A DNA stretch of 64,000 nucleotides, taken from the human T2T-CHM13v2.0 reference genome, Homo sapiens. The stretch lies in NCBI RefSeq assembly GCF_009914755.1, contig NC_060947.1. One strand, given 5' to 3'. This document shows positions 51,304 through 64,000 of the stretch, piece after piece; the stretch's first letter is position 1; each line of letters starts with the position of its first letter. Under the pieces are notes generated by a model. That model did no database searches. It was not told the origin of the DNA and saw nothing but the letters and a program-made list of their open reading frames with translations. The translations under genes were made by a program, and so were the position numbers.

Positions 51304-51839
51304 AGAGAACTTGTAAGAGTTCTTTCAGCTGTCTGTTTCTGTGGTTTAAGTATCCAAGAAGGCTTCTTCTATCTGCTCCTTACTTTGCACAGGAGACAAG
51401 CAAGATGTTCACCTAACATTGTTTCCTTTTGGACTTCTTCAGAGTATTTCCATACTAAATAGTTGTTGTTGTTATTGTTGTTTTAGTGGTAATGATACCT
51501 TCTGAATAAGACTTAAATTTCTAACAGTGTACTTATAGTTGAAGAGTGCAAATTCAAGTTAAATAACAGATAAAACAGGGCCAAGGAATAATCTGATTGC
51601 CCTGAGGAGGTGGATCTTTGAGGTTTTCATTTTCGTAGCCCTGTTTTGGTATGGCACGCGGAAATCATCTGTCATTAATAAGTCAATATGAGCTTAATTT
51701 AGCAGTTCCTCCTATTTGACACTACAGAACATAGAGCTCTTTTTTTGGGGCAGCTTTGAGAAGGCAATACAAATGCAGATAGAGTAATAAATTGTGATTT
51801 TTGCAGTAGAGGTAAGGAATATTTAGCCATTTCAGTATT

Positions 51840-52251
51840 TTTTTATTATTATACTTTAAGTTCTGGGGTACACGTGCACAACGTGCAGGTTTGTTACATA
51901 GGTATACATGTGCCATGTTGGTTTGCTGCACCCATCAACTCATCATTTATATTAGGTATTTCTGCTAATACTATCCCCCCCAAGCCCCCACCCCCTGGCA
52001 GGCCCTGGTGTATGATGTTCCCCTCCCTGTTTCCATGTGTTCTCATTGTTCAACTCCCACTTATGAGTGAGAACATGCAGTGTTTGGTTTTCTCTTCTTG
52101 TGTTACTTTGCTGAGAATGATGGTTTCCAGTTTCATCCATGTCCTTGAAAAGGACATGAACTCATCCTTTTTTATGGCTGCATAGTATTCCATGGTGTAT
52201 ATGTGCCACATTTTCTTTATTCAGTCTGTCATTGATGGGCATTTGGGTTGG
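51840..52251 (-). mobile_element. 5'-truncated L1PA (L1PA7/8-like) 3' end
   Basis: ttattatactttaagttctggggtacacgtgcac...; TSD ATTTCAGTATT (51829-51839, 52253-52263). Confidence 0.93.
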
Positions 52252-54867
52252 AATTTCAGTATTCTTAAAAGAATATTTGATTTGGATGGAGAGGGAGCTG
52301 ACTTTTCTTAGAGGTTCCAAAGAATGATGGGAATGATTAGGCAAACTAGATTCTTTGTTTAGGTGGCTTTTAATTGCATTCCTTGGGATGCTTGCTATTT
52401 ATTTACTTGATCTTTTCTCTTGTGCTAAAAGCAGGAAGGAAACCTGTCTTAATAAAGACTTAGGATACTTTGGTTTAAAATGATGAAGGGGAAATTATAA
52501 CTTTTGTATTATCTATCAGGGATTCAAGATTAGTAAATGGGGCAGGGGTCTCTATCCCTTAGCTAGTTAGGGAAGTGAGGTTATATTAGTGAAATCTTGT
52601 TTTCATAGTTCCCTCCACTCTGAAAGTTGGTGTTTTGTAGGAGCATTGTTAGATGCAAAATAAAAGAGTAGGAAGTGCAAACATTGTATAAATGATGGAT
52701 CTTTCTCTTTTTCTGTGTCTAACTTGCTATTCCTCAATTTAAAATCTTAAACTATATCCATGGATTAGAGTTTACTTCAGTGCTTCTTTAAAATGCAAAA
52801 TGTGACCTCGTTTTAAAATTTTTGATTTACATATTTGCAAGAACCCATTTATTGTAGGAAGCAAGGAACAGCCATATCCTCCCTGAGGTTGACTGTTTGA
52901 ATCAAATCCTTTTAAAACACTAATTAGGAAGTTTAAGTGTTCATTTTTGTTCTTTAACAACAGAAGATTCTTGTTATAAAGTTAATGAATACATACACTT
53001 CCCAGAATGTCTTATCAGAAGATATATCCTATGTATCTTCAAATAAATGATACATTCCCAAATTTTAGAATTGTTTTATAACTGTATCAGGAAAACAGAA
53101 ATATTTTTTTCTAAAGGAAGTTATAAGGAGGTGAACCCATCACCAAGCTATGTAGTAAGTATTTTTTCCACAAGGTATTACAAAGCCAAGGACCATCACC
53201 AAAAGTAGGAAGAGGTAACTGTGGGTTAGCCACTATGTATTAGTAGTCACAATGAAATACAATGTCTTGGTAAAAGAGGACACCAAGGAAATCAATAATG
53301 ATGGCACTCAAGTTTTTGAGAAGGTATTATAACCAAATATGGGCATTAAAAATGCATTTGCAACCTACTGGAAGCCTAAGCTATTTTTAAAAGCCCATAT
53401 GGAAAGCTCAAGATGTGTTTGTTCCATGTGGGTACTGGAGGTGGGTGGGGATACACAAGTAGCTTGCAGTCTCAGAGACTTCTATATGGAAAGCACAACT
53501 TTTAGAAATGGAAAAAAATCCAATCAGAGAGAATGGGGAAGCTTATAAGGTAAACAGGTCATGTACAAACTGTATTTTAGGCTGTGTAAAAAGAGAACTT
53601 GGTGAAATTCTTTAAAAGCAGTCATGAGTTTTGGAGTTACCTCAAAAGGTAGTGGTTTACTGGAGTAGTAGTGTGTCCATTTGGTGATCATGGTGCAATG
53701 AACTTGATAAGAGAAAAGCAATATTTTCAATGCCCTCTTTGTCTAATAAAGGAAGATAAAAGGGACATGCTAACTCCATAATTGTCTTCTGAAATTGATG
53801 ATGAAGTGAAACTAAGTAAAACTGTAGTAAATGAACAGCTATTCTAGGTCCAGTTAACAAATTAGACATGATAGCTCACCAGAACTTGATAGAATCCTCT
53901 TATATTTTGAAGGAACTCAAAGTTTTTGATTAATAAAGCACTTAATGTGCTTTTGGCAGGGTTGGCAATCTTGAGTTTCTACTTGATCAGCAGTATATTT
54001 TCAGCAAGATGAATTTAAGTAAGTATATAAAGTTTGTCTTGGGGTAAAATTTTAATTCAAAATTGTATATTATAAGATACAGAATATTTCTGAATCAGGA
54101 AACAACAGTGAATTTATAAATCTACGTCATGCCTATACATTTGTTAACCTTGAAAGCCTATGCTTATTCCAGATTTTATTGTAGTGAAGTGTTAAATTAT
54201 TCTGGATCTTCACTGTGACATGAGTTGTGAAAAGTTCAATGTGTTACCATTTTCTCATGATTACTAGCAATTATTACAAAGGTATAGAATCTTAGTTCAG
54301 CTATTGATGATAAGATTACATATAGATAAGATTCCAACTAATGAAAAACAAAGACCTGTAAAGCCTGGAGTCTTTTGTGGTCTGTGTTATTTAGATGGCG
54401 GTTTGGAAGTGTAGCTAAGATGATTGGGATATCCGAGTTGGAGAGAGAGGAGTGTTAAAAGGTAATATTGGCAGAATGTTAGAAACTTAAACAGTTCACC
54501 TTAGCTTAGGTTAGATATTCTCCCACTATTGCTACATTTGCATTAATGTGTAAACTGTGTATAATCAGCGGCTTTATTCCAAAAAGTGCCTGATGTTTTG
54601 GCATGCACTGGATATATTTGCTGTGTGAGAATGTTTGTGATAGCAGGATCAGCTAAGCTCAGTTAGTGTGTATGATTCACTAGAATATGGACTAGCTGCC
54701 TGTTTGGGATTACAGTTGTTCTAACAAAGCACATGTGGGGAGTCAGAGGAGTTTGTATGCTTTTACAAAAATGTGTTATTGTCTTATGTGATTTATTTTC
54801 CTTCATTAAAAAAATTTGATTCAAAACATTTGTGTTCTTTCTTTTTCTCGTTCCCCACTCCCTTCAG

Positions 54868-55098
54868 AATAACATAGCTGATCCAGAAGAACTGTTCACA
54901 AAATTAGAGCGCATTGGGAAAGGCTCATTTGGGGAAGTTTTCAAAGGAATTGATAACCGTACCCAGCAAGTCGTTGCTATTAAAATCATAGACCTTGAGG
55001 AAGCCGAAGATGAAATAGAAGACATTCAGCAAGAAATAACTGTCTTGAGTCAATGTGACAGCTCATATGTAACAAAATACTATGGGTCATATTTAAAG
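54868..55098 (+). CDS. STK26: STK26 exon 3, aa 15-91: Gly-rich loop, VAIK lysine, helix C
   Basis: Strong acceptor (...ttccccactcccttcag), donor AAG|GTAATG; 231 nt = 77 codons [77 protein letters not shown]. Confidence 0.98.
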
Positions 55099-55692
55099 GT
55101 AATGTGTGTGCTGTATTATTTAAGTCATAAGGTATTTTCATTAGAAGTTTTTTAATTCTATTTTTTTGAAAGGCAATGTCTTAAATTAGGATTTGGCAGT
55201 CTATGGCTTCCAGGCAGAATCCAGCTCCATTTATAGTGCCAAATAAACCGTTGTTAGATTTAGCAGCTGTATTCTGAATGCATCCCAGTACTCAGCTGCA
55301 CCCCTTTTCCACACCTGAACTTTTGGTTTGATGGAGGAGCAGAAATGCAGCTGGTCCTGGAGACATCTCCTTTGTCAGGAAAGAGCTATCCCCCTGGGTT
55401 TCCAGACACTATTCTCAATGGTCTTAACTGTCTCAACCTCAGAGCTGATGGAACATGTAAGTATGTCACTTATTTCATTGAGTTATGGTAGTTATTTACA
55501 CATTTCTCTCCCCCACCAGGTTGTGAGCTCCTTCATAGCAGGGAGTTTAGCTTAACCAGTCCTGGTACTTACATTCCTTAGCACAGGGTATGGTACATCT
55601 TAAGCATGTGGTAAATATTTGTTAAAATGGAATTAAGTGGAATAACATCTGCCTCCCCCTCCAAATAAAAGTTGGATTTTTACTGGTTCCAG

Positions 55693-55758
55693 GATCATGG
55701 GATTAGCAGACACCTGAAGTTCCAGCAGATGGAGGTGTTACTACATAGCAGAAAACTG
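55693..55758 (+). CDS. STK26: Candidate alternative cassette exon of STK26 (66 nt, DHGISRHLKFQQMEVLLHSRKL)
   Basis: Acceptor ttttactggttccag, donor CTG|GTTGGT, phase 0/0, no stop. The +22 aa fits my unverified memory of a 438-aa isoform (416+22). Confidence 0.55.
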
Positions 55759-56109
55759 GTTGGTAAAACCCAGTGGTCCTTGGGTTCCAGAGTTAGAAGT
55801 CAGGATTCGTGTCTGTTGAAATGTGAATAATAAATAGTTGAAGAAAAGCCCCCATGAACTCTAGCTTAGTTTGGAGTTTGAATCATTTTAAAATTAAAAT
55901 TGTTTATCCTTGTATTGCAGTTTTTCAAATGAAGGCTGTGCTAGATCTTTGCCATTCAGGGTTTAAAAGGAGGGAAGCGTTTGTTGTTACTGGTTGATCT
56001 ATAGGCCAAAAAGAGCGTATCTATAACTAATTAAGCTGTTGGCCTGCGTAAAAATTAATGCTATCATTTTATCCTCTGCTGACCAAATAAAACTTCGGAT
56101 ATCCATCTA

Positions 56110-57860
56110 TACCTTTACGAAATAACCTGTCTTCAAGTTCACAGATTCTTTCTTCTGTTTGATCAGTTCTGCTATTGACACTTTATTGTATTGTTTCATT
56201 TCATTCATTGTATTTTTCAGCTTTGAAATTTCTGAGTTTTTAAAATGATTTAATCTACTTGTTAAATTTATCATTTTGTTCATTTATTGTTTTCCTGATT
56301 TCACTTGTTTCTTTGTATTTTCTCGAAGTTTGCTGAGCTTCCTTGACACAATTATTTTAAATTATTTGTCAGGCAGTTTATAAATCTCCATTTATTTGGA
56401 GTCAGCTACTGGGAAACTACTGTGTTCTTTTGGTGGTGAGATGTCTCCTTGGTTTTTCATGTTTATTATTGCCTTATGTTGATGTCTCTGCAGTTGATAG
56501 AGCAATCGCCTCTTCCAGACATTACAGGTTTCAGTGTGAAAAGACCTTCTTCCTCTGTAGGACAGTGTGAGAGCAATGGCTGGGTGGGTTGCAGTGGTTC
56601 TGGCTCCAATGAGGGCATAGGAGTATAGTTCCTGTGCAGCTTTGTCACTTGAGATTAGTGTTGACAAAGATTGCAGGGATCCTCAGTGGTCAATACCTTG
56701 GTTGTCTACAACAGTGGTGAGGGCTGTTTGAGGTCTTTGGTGGCAAGAGCTGCTAGGGTCCCCCCAGTCTCTTTTTCTTCCACCAGAGAAATCATAGCCG
56801 AGTAGATCCCTTTTGGCATTGGGTCTGCTTGTGGGCCCACTTGAGGTGGCACTAGTGTCTAATGAGTGATGCCCATGGAGTGGCCACAGAACTAAGGCTT
56901 CAAGCATAGGCATATCTGGAGGGACATGCTCTGGGGCCCAAGCCAATAGTAATACCAACGTCCTAGGTACAAATACCCCCTACTGCTGCACAGAGCTACA
57001 GTGGCTCTGAGGGTGGCGTAGGGCCTAGCTATTTGTAACATCTGAGCTGATGTCTGGAGCATAGGCACGCTCAGAGGGACCTTGTCTCCAGAGCCTGGGA
57101 TGTGAGCTAGCTCACTATGGCAGTGATTAGCTCAAGTGTCTGAGCTGTGGGTGGGTCCAGTGCAACCACTCAGCTGGTCTGGAGTCCAGAACACAGGCTA
57201 GCTTTCAGTGGTGACTGTGTGGATGTCTGGAGCATAGGCACACTCAGAGAAACCTTGGCTCCGGGGCCCTGGGGTGTGAGCTAGCTCACTGTGGCAGTGG
57301 CTCCAATGTCTGAGGTATGGTTGAGCTCAGTGAAGACGCAGAATCTGGGTCTGGAGTGTGGGCACTAGTGGAGTGGCCATGACTCAGAGGTCTGGAGCTG
57401 CATCAGTTTTCAGAGTGGTGGCTTCTTTCTCCATGTGGCTCAACAATGTCTTCTTCTTGAGATGAGAGAGTTTTGTAGTCATGTATTCCTCTTGGGGTTC
57501 CCTGGCAGAAATGGCTGTTGACTACCTCAGTAGCAAGAGATGCCAGTGTCCTCTGCAGAGCAGGCCACTGGGGACCATGATGGCTTCTACTGTGTAGTGA
57601 TACCAATAGCCTCCACCTTTCATCTTTGTTCCTAGACATTTCCTGGCCTCTCAGGTATGCTGATCTCCTCAGTGATCCTTCCTGTGGAGTTATTCTTTCT
57701 TTTTTGCTCCACTGTGTTGCTGCAGATTGTTAAATAGGCCCTTGAATCCTTCCAGAGTTACTTGGGTTTGTGGATAGCTGTCTATATTTGGGGGCTTTTT
57801 ATGTATATGTGGAGGGAGGGGATGATTAAAACTGGTATCTCCTCTGCCGTCTTGGTGACT
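56110..57860 (-). mobile_element. Old L1M 5' UTR plus start of ORF1 (3' part absent)
   Basis: Minus strand begins agtcaccaagacggc (YY1-like L1 5' end); decayed ORF1-like peptide MKNQGDISPPKEHSSFPVADSK; internal ~174-bp repeats. Confidence 0.8.
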
Positions 57861-58467
57861 TTGTCATCGCTTTCCATCTATCTGTATCTATATTGGTTAA
57901 TACTGATATAGAAATTTATCACAAATTTCACTGCCTGTTTACAAAACCCGACTTATTCTAATATTGGATGTATGTGGTATGAATGCATAGTAGAATGAAT
58001 CATTAAGCAGCCAAACAGCCACTATATATTACACACTGTATTAGGTGCTGAAGATATAAAAGTGAACAAACTCACTACTGCTGTCAAGGCACTCACAGTC
58101 CAGTTTTGCACTGAAATGATGCCAATTTTATGGTTAAAGTATGTACAAGGTATAGATGATGCACAAATTAGTAAGTAGTCACTTCTGTCCTTTTCAGGAG
58201 TGGCATGAATAAAAGGCCTCCAAAAGGAGGTGATAATGCTAGTAATTTCTATCCAATTTCAGCATTTACATCTAAGTGTTAGCTATTACTGTATTTTACT
58301 ACATACATAATTATTTGCTCCTTTGTGTGATAATTTTGCTGTCATATTTGTTCCTAAAAAGCTAATTCAGCCCATCATATTCTTTTTTAGAGATCTCATG
58401 AGTGATTACGCAGTCTCAGTAGTTTTAGGTTCTCCTCCTAATTCCCATACAATTCCTTGGTGGTACA

Positions 58468-58524
58468 TGTGTGTGTGTGCGTGTGTGTGTATGTGTGTGT
58501 GTGTGTGTGTGTGTCTGTGTGTGT
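58468..58524. repeat. Interrupted (TG)n microsatellite
   Basis: Read directly. Confidence 0.95.
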
Positions 58525-60708
58525 ATCATTTGCTCATTCTGGTTTACTCTTTCTGGACTGAATCCCGGTATTTCCAGACTCACTCTAGGGCAAAACTGAA
58601 TCCTTGCTACTTTTAGGCACCTGTGACAAAAACACTATTTTTGGTTGCTGACCTAAAATATTAAATACGCCCTATTTAAAATGGCTATTCCATAATATAT
58701 TGAAAATTGGTACTGATATGGTTTGACAATTTTATTGGTTGCTTATTTATTCATATTCAATACTCCCATGGAAAATGAGTGACAGCTCTATCTTCTTTTC
58801 CTAAGATTTCATATAGAGTGTTTTTTAAGTTGCACAGTAGTATACATGTACTAGTCACCCAGTATTTACTTAATCTTTAAATAATTAAAAACTAGTTTTT
58901 TGTTTGTCCCAAATTTTGATTGTAAAGTGTACTCAGACCAGCCAGTGCTACAAAACCATCGTCCAAGATAGCTTCTTAAGGGATTAAATCAAATTATTTT
59001 TATCTCCTTCACCCATCATTAACTAAACTCTATGATATAAAACACTACTTTGAAGAACATGTTGCTTCATGATAAAATTGTAGAAATGTGCAGCTGGCTT
59101 ATGTTGATTATTTGTGTTCTGAATCTATTTAAAGTAAATAAATCTGTGTGTATATACATATGTCTTGAGACATATGTATATACACACAGAGAAAGAAATA
59201 TTCTATAATCTTACAACGTTTTCATACCATGTATTTAAATCACTTTCTTAAATTGACCAACTCATTTATTTTCCATTTATATTACAACATAGTATGACTG
59301 TGTGGGTTTGTATTTTTTTCTAAACTAAAATCACGTCAAATATAACAGGATTCTGTTTCATGTAGTCAACATAAGTCAAGGCCACATCCTCTTTGTGCCA
59401 TCAGGGAACTGTGTTATCAGTCAACTTACATACTTATTGTGGCCCATTGTTCCATTTCAGGTGACATGGAGGATTTTGTGAGTCAAGTTAATTGAGCAAA
59501 CTGGGAAATGGGTTGTTCTTACACAGGATGTCATCCATAACTAAGACCTCACTGTAAGCTGGAGGAAAAGTTTATTACATTTGAGAGAAAATTATATGTT
59601 CTTTGAAACTGTATGCAGTTGTAGTGATTTCCTTGAGACATGCAAAAAATGTACTAGGTATTCATTTTGACTAAGCTCACTGTATAACTTCATTTTTGAA
59701 AACAAGAGTTAAAAACCAGACAAACACATCAGTATGACCACAGTGTTTTCCTTTAATTTTAGTTCACTGGGCAGATTTTCTTGACAAAGTTAGTCTTTAT
59801 GAAGAGTGCTAAAATAAGCAAACCCTTCCCTTCTGATCTCATAATATTGGAATAATCTTTTATAATCTTTAAATATTTTTCTAGTTCAGTGTAAATCTTA
59901 AAATGACACTCAGGCATTGAATAGAATTTGAATCATGCCTTTATTTGCTGCTGAAAATTGCCTTTAGATTTCTGTGTATGTTAAGGAAATATTGCCTCCC
60001 ACCCACCATCACCAGTATTTATGAAAAAAAAAAGAATTGAATGAAGTAAAATATTTCAGAATCATCTGTACGGCTTTGTGGCCTTCTCCTTATTTTTCAC
60101 TGAAACTGTATGTGCTTACAGCCAGTTTATGTATGCTCAATGCCTCTGGAATATTCTTTTATTGTTAACATTTGTTTTGGAGTTCTCTTATAAAACTTGA
60201 AGAAAATGGAGGCTAGAAAGTTTGTTCCTTCTTAAAATGTTCTTTTCTCAAAATAGGAATAGCTTTAAACTTAATATAATACACCTCTAAGAAGCCCCAT
60301 GTTAGATTCAATTCAACAGACGCTTATTTATTAATGCCTACTATGTGTATTCCTCTTCTTTTGCATATTGTGGTTAATCTCATCTACTTTCGTCTGACAA
60401 CTTCTAAACTGATGTCTCTGGTTTCATCCTCTCTGCTCAGCCCCAGATATGTGTTTATAACTTGCTTCATATTAATAGCCTGCTTATCTGTGAGTACATC
60501 AAGTGCAATAACCCTCAAACTAGGGAGGTAGCATTTGAACTAAGTCTTGAGAATGATTTTGATAGGGGTTGGAAGGTGCAAGTGGGGTAGGGACACAGCA
60601 TTCCAAGCTGGAGGAAAATGACTCAGAAGTGGTAAATTTTCTAGCCATATTCTTGGCAAGATGATCTCTACTGTCACTTCCAGTTTTATAAAGTCTTATG
60701 TGCTGTAT

Positions 60709-60795
60709 GTTTTTTTTAATCAGGCAAAATATACTTAACACTAAATTTGCCATTTTAAGTGTACAGCTCTCTGGCATTGGCTACATTCACATTGA
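60709..60795 (-). mobile_element. L1MB-type 3' terminal fragment
   Basis: aaatttgccattttaagtgtacag...ggcattggctacattcacattg. Confidence 0.7.
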
Positions 60796-61207
<412 letters not shown>

Positions 61208-63191
61208 TAGTTGTAATTTTAATGCTTAATGGTATATACTACTTTGTAAAGTCACATTTCAAGCTTTCTATGAACACGTTTTACTGACAGACAGTTGGCA
61301 AGTTTCTGTTTTGAATTAGTACAAACAAAAAGGCACACATTGTTTTTAACTTGGAAAACAGGTGCTTTCATTCATGCAGAACTGCAAAATAGGCAGGCAT
61401 GTTTTATAAGATCTTTTTCTTTTAAATGTCAGGTGAATGGGAAGCTCTCTGAATTCATATGATAGAGTATAGTACTTGTTAGAAACAAACTTGTGGCAGA
61501 AGAAACAATTTTTAACCTATCCACCATTGTAAGAACCACTTTTTTCTTCTCTTGAAAAAAGTATAAAGGTACATCAGAGTCACAATTCTCAGGTTGCGAG
61601 TGCCTAGGTTCTATACACAAATACAAGTTATATGAACCTTTCCTGGAACTCCTCTTCCCTCACCAGTATTGTGGGAATTTATTTCCTCTATTTCCTAATG
61701 TAGACTTCACTGCTAACCAAGACTCTCAGCTTTCTGCTCACAGTGCCTGCTGGCCATCTATGTCAGGACAGAGTGGATGTCAAGATTAGTGGAGGAAGTG
61801 GTAGGGGAATATTGTTCCTCCCTTTCTCTTACAAATTCTACATAGTGTCAGCATATGGAAAGGAGAATCATTTTGTCTTAATTAACTGAGCCCTCCCTTC
61901 ATGATCGCTAACCCTAGGCCACATCCCATTCCCCACACTACAATGTCAGTTCCACTCTGATTCTTCAACCCTCTCCCATCCCCTAAGCACTCATCATCAT
62001 GTCACTGGGTTCCATTCTCTGCCTTGATAAAGTCACATCCTCATGGAGATGCCTGGAAATTTTAAATTGGACTCCTGAATACCTCCCAGGGATTTTTGAG
62101 TTTGAGGGCTACTGGCAGTAGCTTGAGAATCTTCACCCCGCAGCTGGGGTTGTAAAGGTGAGAAATGTGTTTCTGGCATCCCAAGTTGAGGCACCATGCT
62201 GAATATATTTTCCTACTTGAAATATTGTTAAGATATAAATAGTAGTGAGTTTCTCTGGTACTTTTTATGCTATACTACGAATGAATACATTTGTGTGAAA
62301 TTGTCTTTTGGGAGGACTACCCCAGGAACTTAGACATTATTTTTATGGGAAAATGCTTGCTTTTAAAATTCTGAACATCTTACTTAAAAACCAACTTTTG
62401 GAACACAGTCCAGTCACTACTTGGCTGCTGCCAGTATAGTAAAGCCAACCATTCTACTTCCAGTCAGCTCTTTGGTCCCACAAAAATTCAGAGAATACCA
62501 CTCATGAAATGGTATGGAGAGAGAGGTGTCCCTTGTATTTAAGCTATAGCTAAAATAAAAAGGGTTTAATGGTTTATTCCAGTGTTTAACTGATGGTACT
62601 GAATGGTATGTGTGTGTGTACACCTGTTTTAGAATTTGTATACATATATTCCTCCCAGGAGCCCCATTTCCTCTTGTTCAGCTCACAGGGAAGTTAATTC
62701 CACCTGGAGAAAGCACAGATTTTTAAAGCTACACTCTCCCTTTTTCTTATCCATTTACATCAGAGGTAAAATGAACAATATTCTTTCTAGGTTCCGTGTG
62801 TGCCAAAAATGCCCATTAACCGTAGCTGATAAAAGTTTGAAGTACATCAAAACAAATGAAAGCCAACAACTGAAATAAGGCAAAATATCCATTGTCCTCA
62901 AACTCAAACCCAAAATTTCTACAAGCCCTCATTTACCTCCTCATTCTTTAATGTAACTATCTTTTCTTTCCAATATCATTCAAGATAATTATTTAAAGCT
63001 TTGTTTTTTATAAAAATTACTAATAGTTCAACAATAACAAACAGTACTTTTATTTGTTTAGCTATATCATAGGCAAAAAGGTATGCGGGTAGTCTAAGCT
63101 CAGAATTTTAATTTGGAATGTTCTATGGAAAAAATATATTCGGGGTTCCCAAGCAACCATTTTTAAACCTACATTTTAGAATCTGTTCTTT

Positions 63192-63573
63192 ATTTTTTTA
63201 ATTTTTAATTTTTGTGGCTACAAAGAAGGTGTAAATATTTATGGGGGTACATGAGCTATTTTAATAAAGGCATATAATGTATAATGATCACATCAGGGTA
63301 CATTTACTCTCTGTGTTACAAACAGTCCGGTAATACTTTTCTACTTATTTTTAAAAGTATAATTAAATTATTATTGACTATAGTCACCCTGTTGTGCTAT
63401 CAAATACTAGATCTTACTCATTTTCTCTAACTACTTTTTGTACCCATTAACCATCACCAACTCCCCCTCCCTACTATCCTTCCCAGCATCTGGTAACCAT
63501 CCTTCTATTCTCTATCTCCAAGGGTTCAATTGTTTTAATTTTTAGCTCCCACAAATAAATGAGAACATGCAAA
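63192..63573 (-). mobile_element. L1MA (L1MA1-3-like) 3' end
   Basis: tatttatgggggtacatgag...gactatagtcaccctgttgtgctatcaaatactag; TSD TAGAATCTGT(T/G)CTTT (63177-63191, 63574-63588). Confidence 0.88.
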
Positions 63574-63669
63574 TAGAATCTGTGCTTTAGTATGTGAGAT
63601 TTAACATTTTTGCTAGTATGTTATTTTGGCTCAGGTTTGTAATTATTAAATTGTTTCATGGCTTTACAG

Positions 63670-63726
63670 GGGTCTAAATTATGGATAATAATGGAATACC
63701 TGGGCGGTGGTTCAGCACTGGATCTT
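63670..63726 (+). CDS. STK26: STK26 exon 4, aa 92-110 GSKLWIIMEYLGGGSALDL (gatekeeper/hinge); gene continues beyond the window
   Basis: Acceptor ggctttacag, donor CTT|GTAAGT; 57 nt, in frame with exon 3; typical GCK-III subdomain V sequence. Confidence 0.97.
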
Positions 63727-64000
63727 GTAAGTATTTTAAAATAGTTACACACAGATGCAAATGTGTGCATATGCACATACCTTAATTTTTTAAATTGAAG
63801 ATTAATGGCTTTTGAGCACGCTAAGTGGTTGCTTTAGTTAATATGTTCAAATTAAATTCTTTTTTCATGACCTCTACCTTATGTAGGTACAGATGTATTG
63901 TACGTTTGAACATGTTGCTGGCATTCTAAGACTATATAAGAAATGCAAATAGCTTAATAAAATAAAGTCTCCCAAATTAGAAGGGGATGTGTGTATCCAT

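Noticed and set aside
54832-55155. 107-aa ORF as a standalone kinase fragment or pseudogene
   Set aside because: It is exon 3 read through its splice sites; the flanking residues are intronic.
55520-55590. Good acceptor ctctcccccaccag as another coding cassette exon
   Set aside because: In-frame TAA after 11 codons, no convincing donor, and it lies in an L2-like fragment.

Overview
This is primate (very likely human) genomic DNA holding the 5' half of STK26 (MST4), a GCK-III STE20-family kinase gene that is X-linked in human, on the + strand. Bases 1-~22,900 are repeat-rich upstream DNA and a CpG-island promoter lies at ~23.0-24.5 kb. The gene has a non-coding exon 1 (~23539-23644), a 100-nt intron, exon 2 (23745-23896, ATG at 23855), a 31-kb intron, exon 3 (54868-55098) and exon 4 (63670-63726), encoding residues 1-110; it continues past the window. 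The rest is Alu, L1, L2, MIR, CR1/L3, DNA-transposon fossils and simple repeats. I see no evidence of a new multi-gene system. The best unexplained structures are: (1) a 96-bp, 97%-identical inverted duplication of apparently unique, hairpin-forming sequence 2 kb apart, with one copy flanked by an 11-bp direct repeat; (2) an old L1 3' transduction bounded by an 18-bp TSD; (3) two in-frame candidate cassette exons in intron 3 that would insert into the kinase N-lobe; (4) young insertions (a ~65-bp L1 end and an AluYd) and a palindromic AT-rich VNTR in intron 2. Repeat subfamilies are assigned from remembered consensus sequences, and boundaries of old repeats are approximate.
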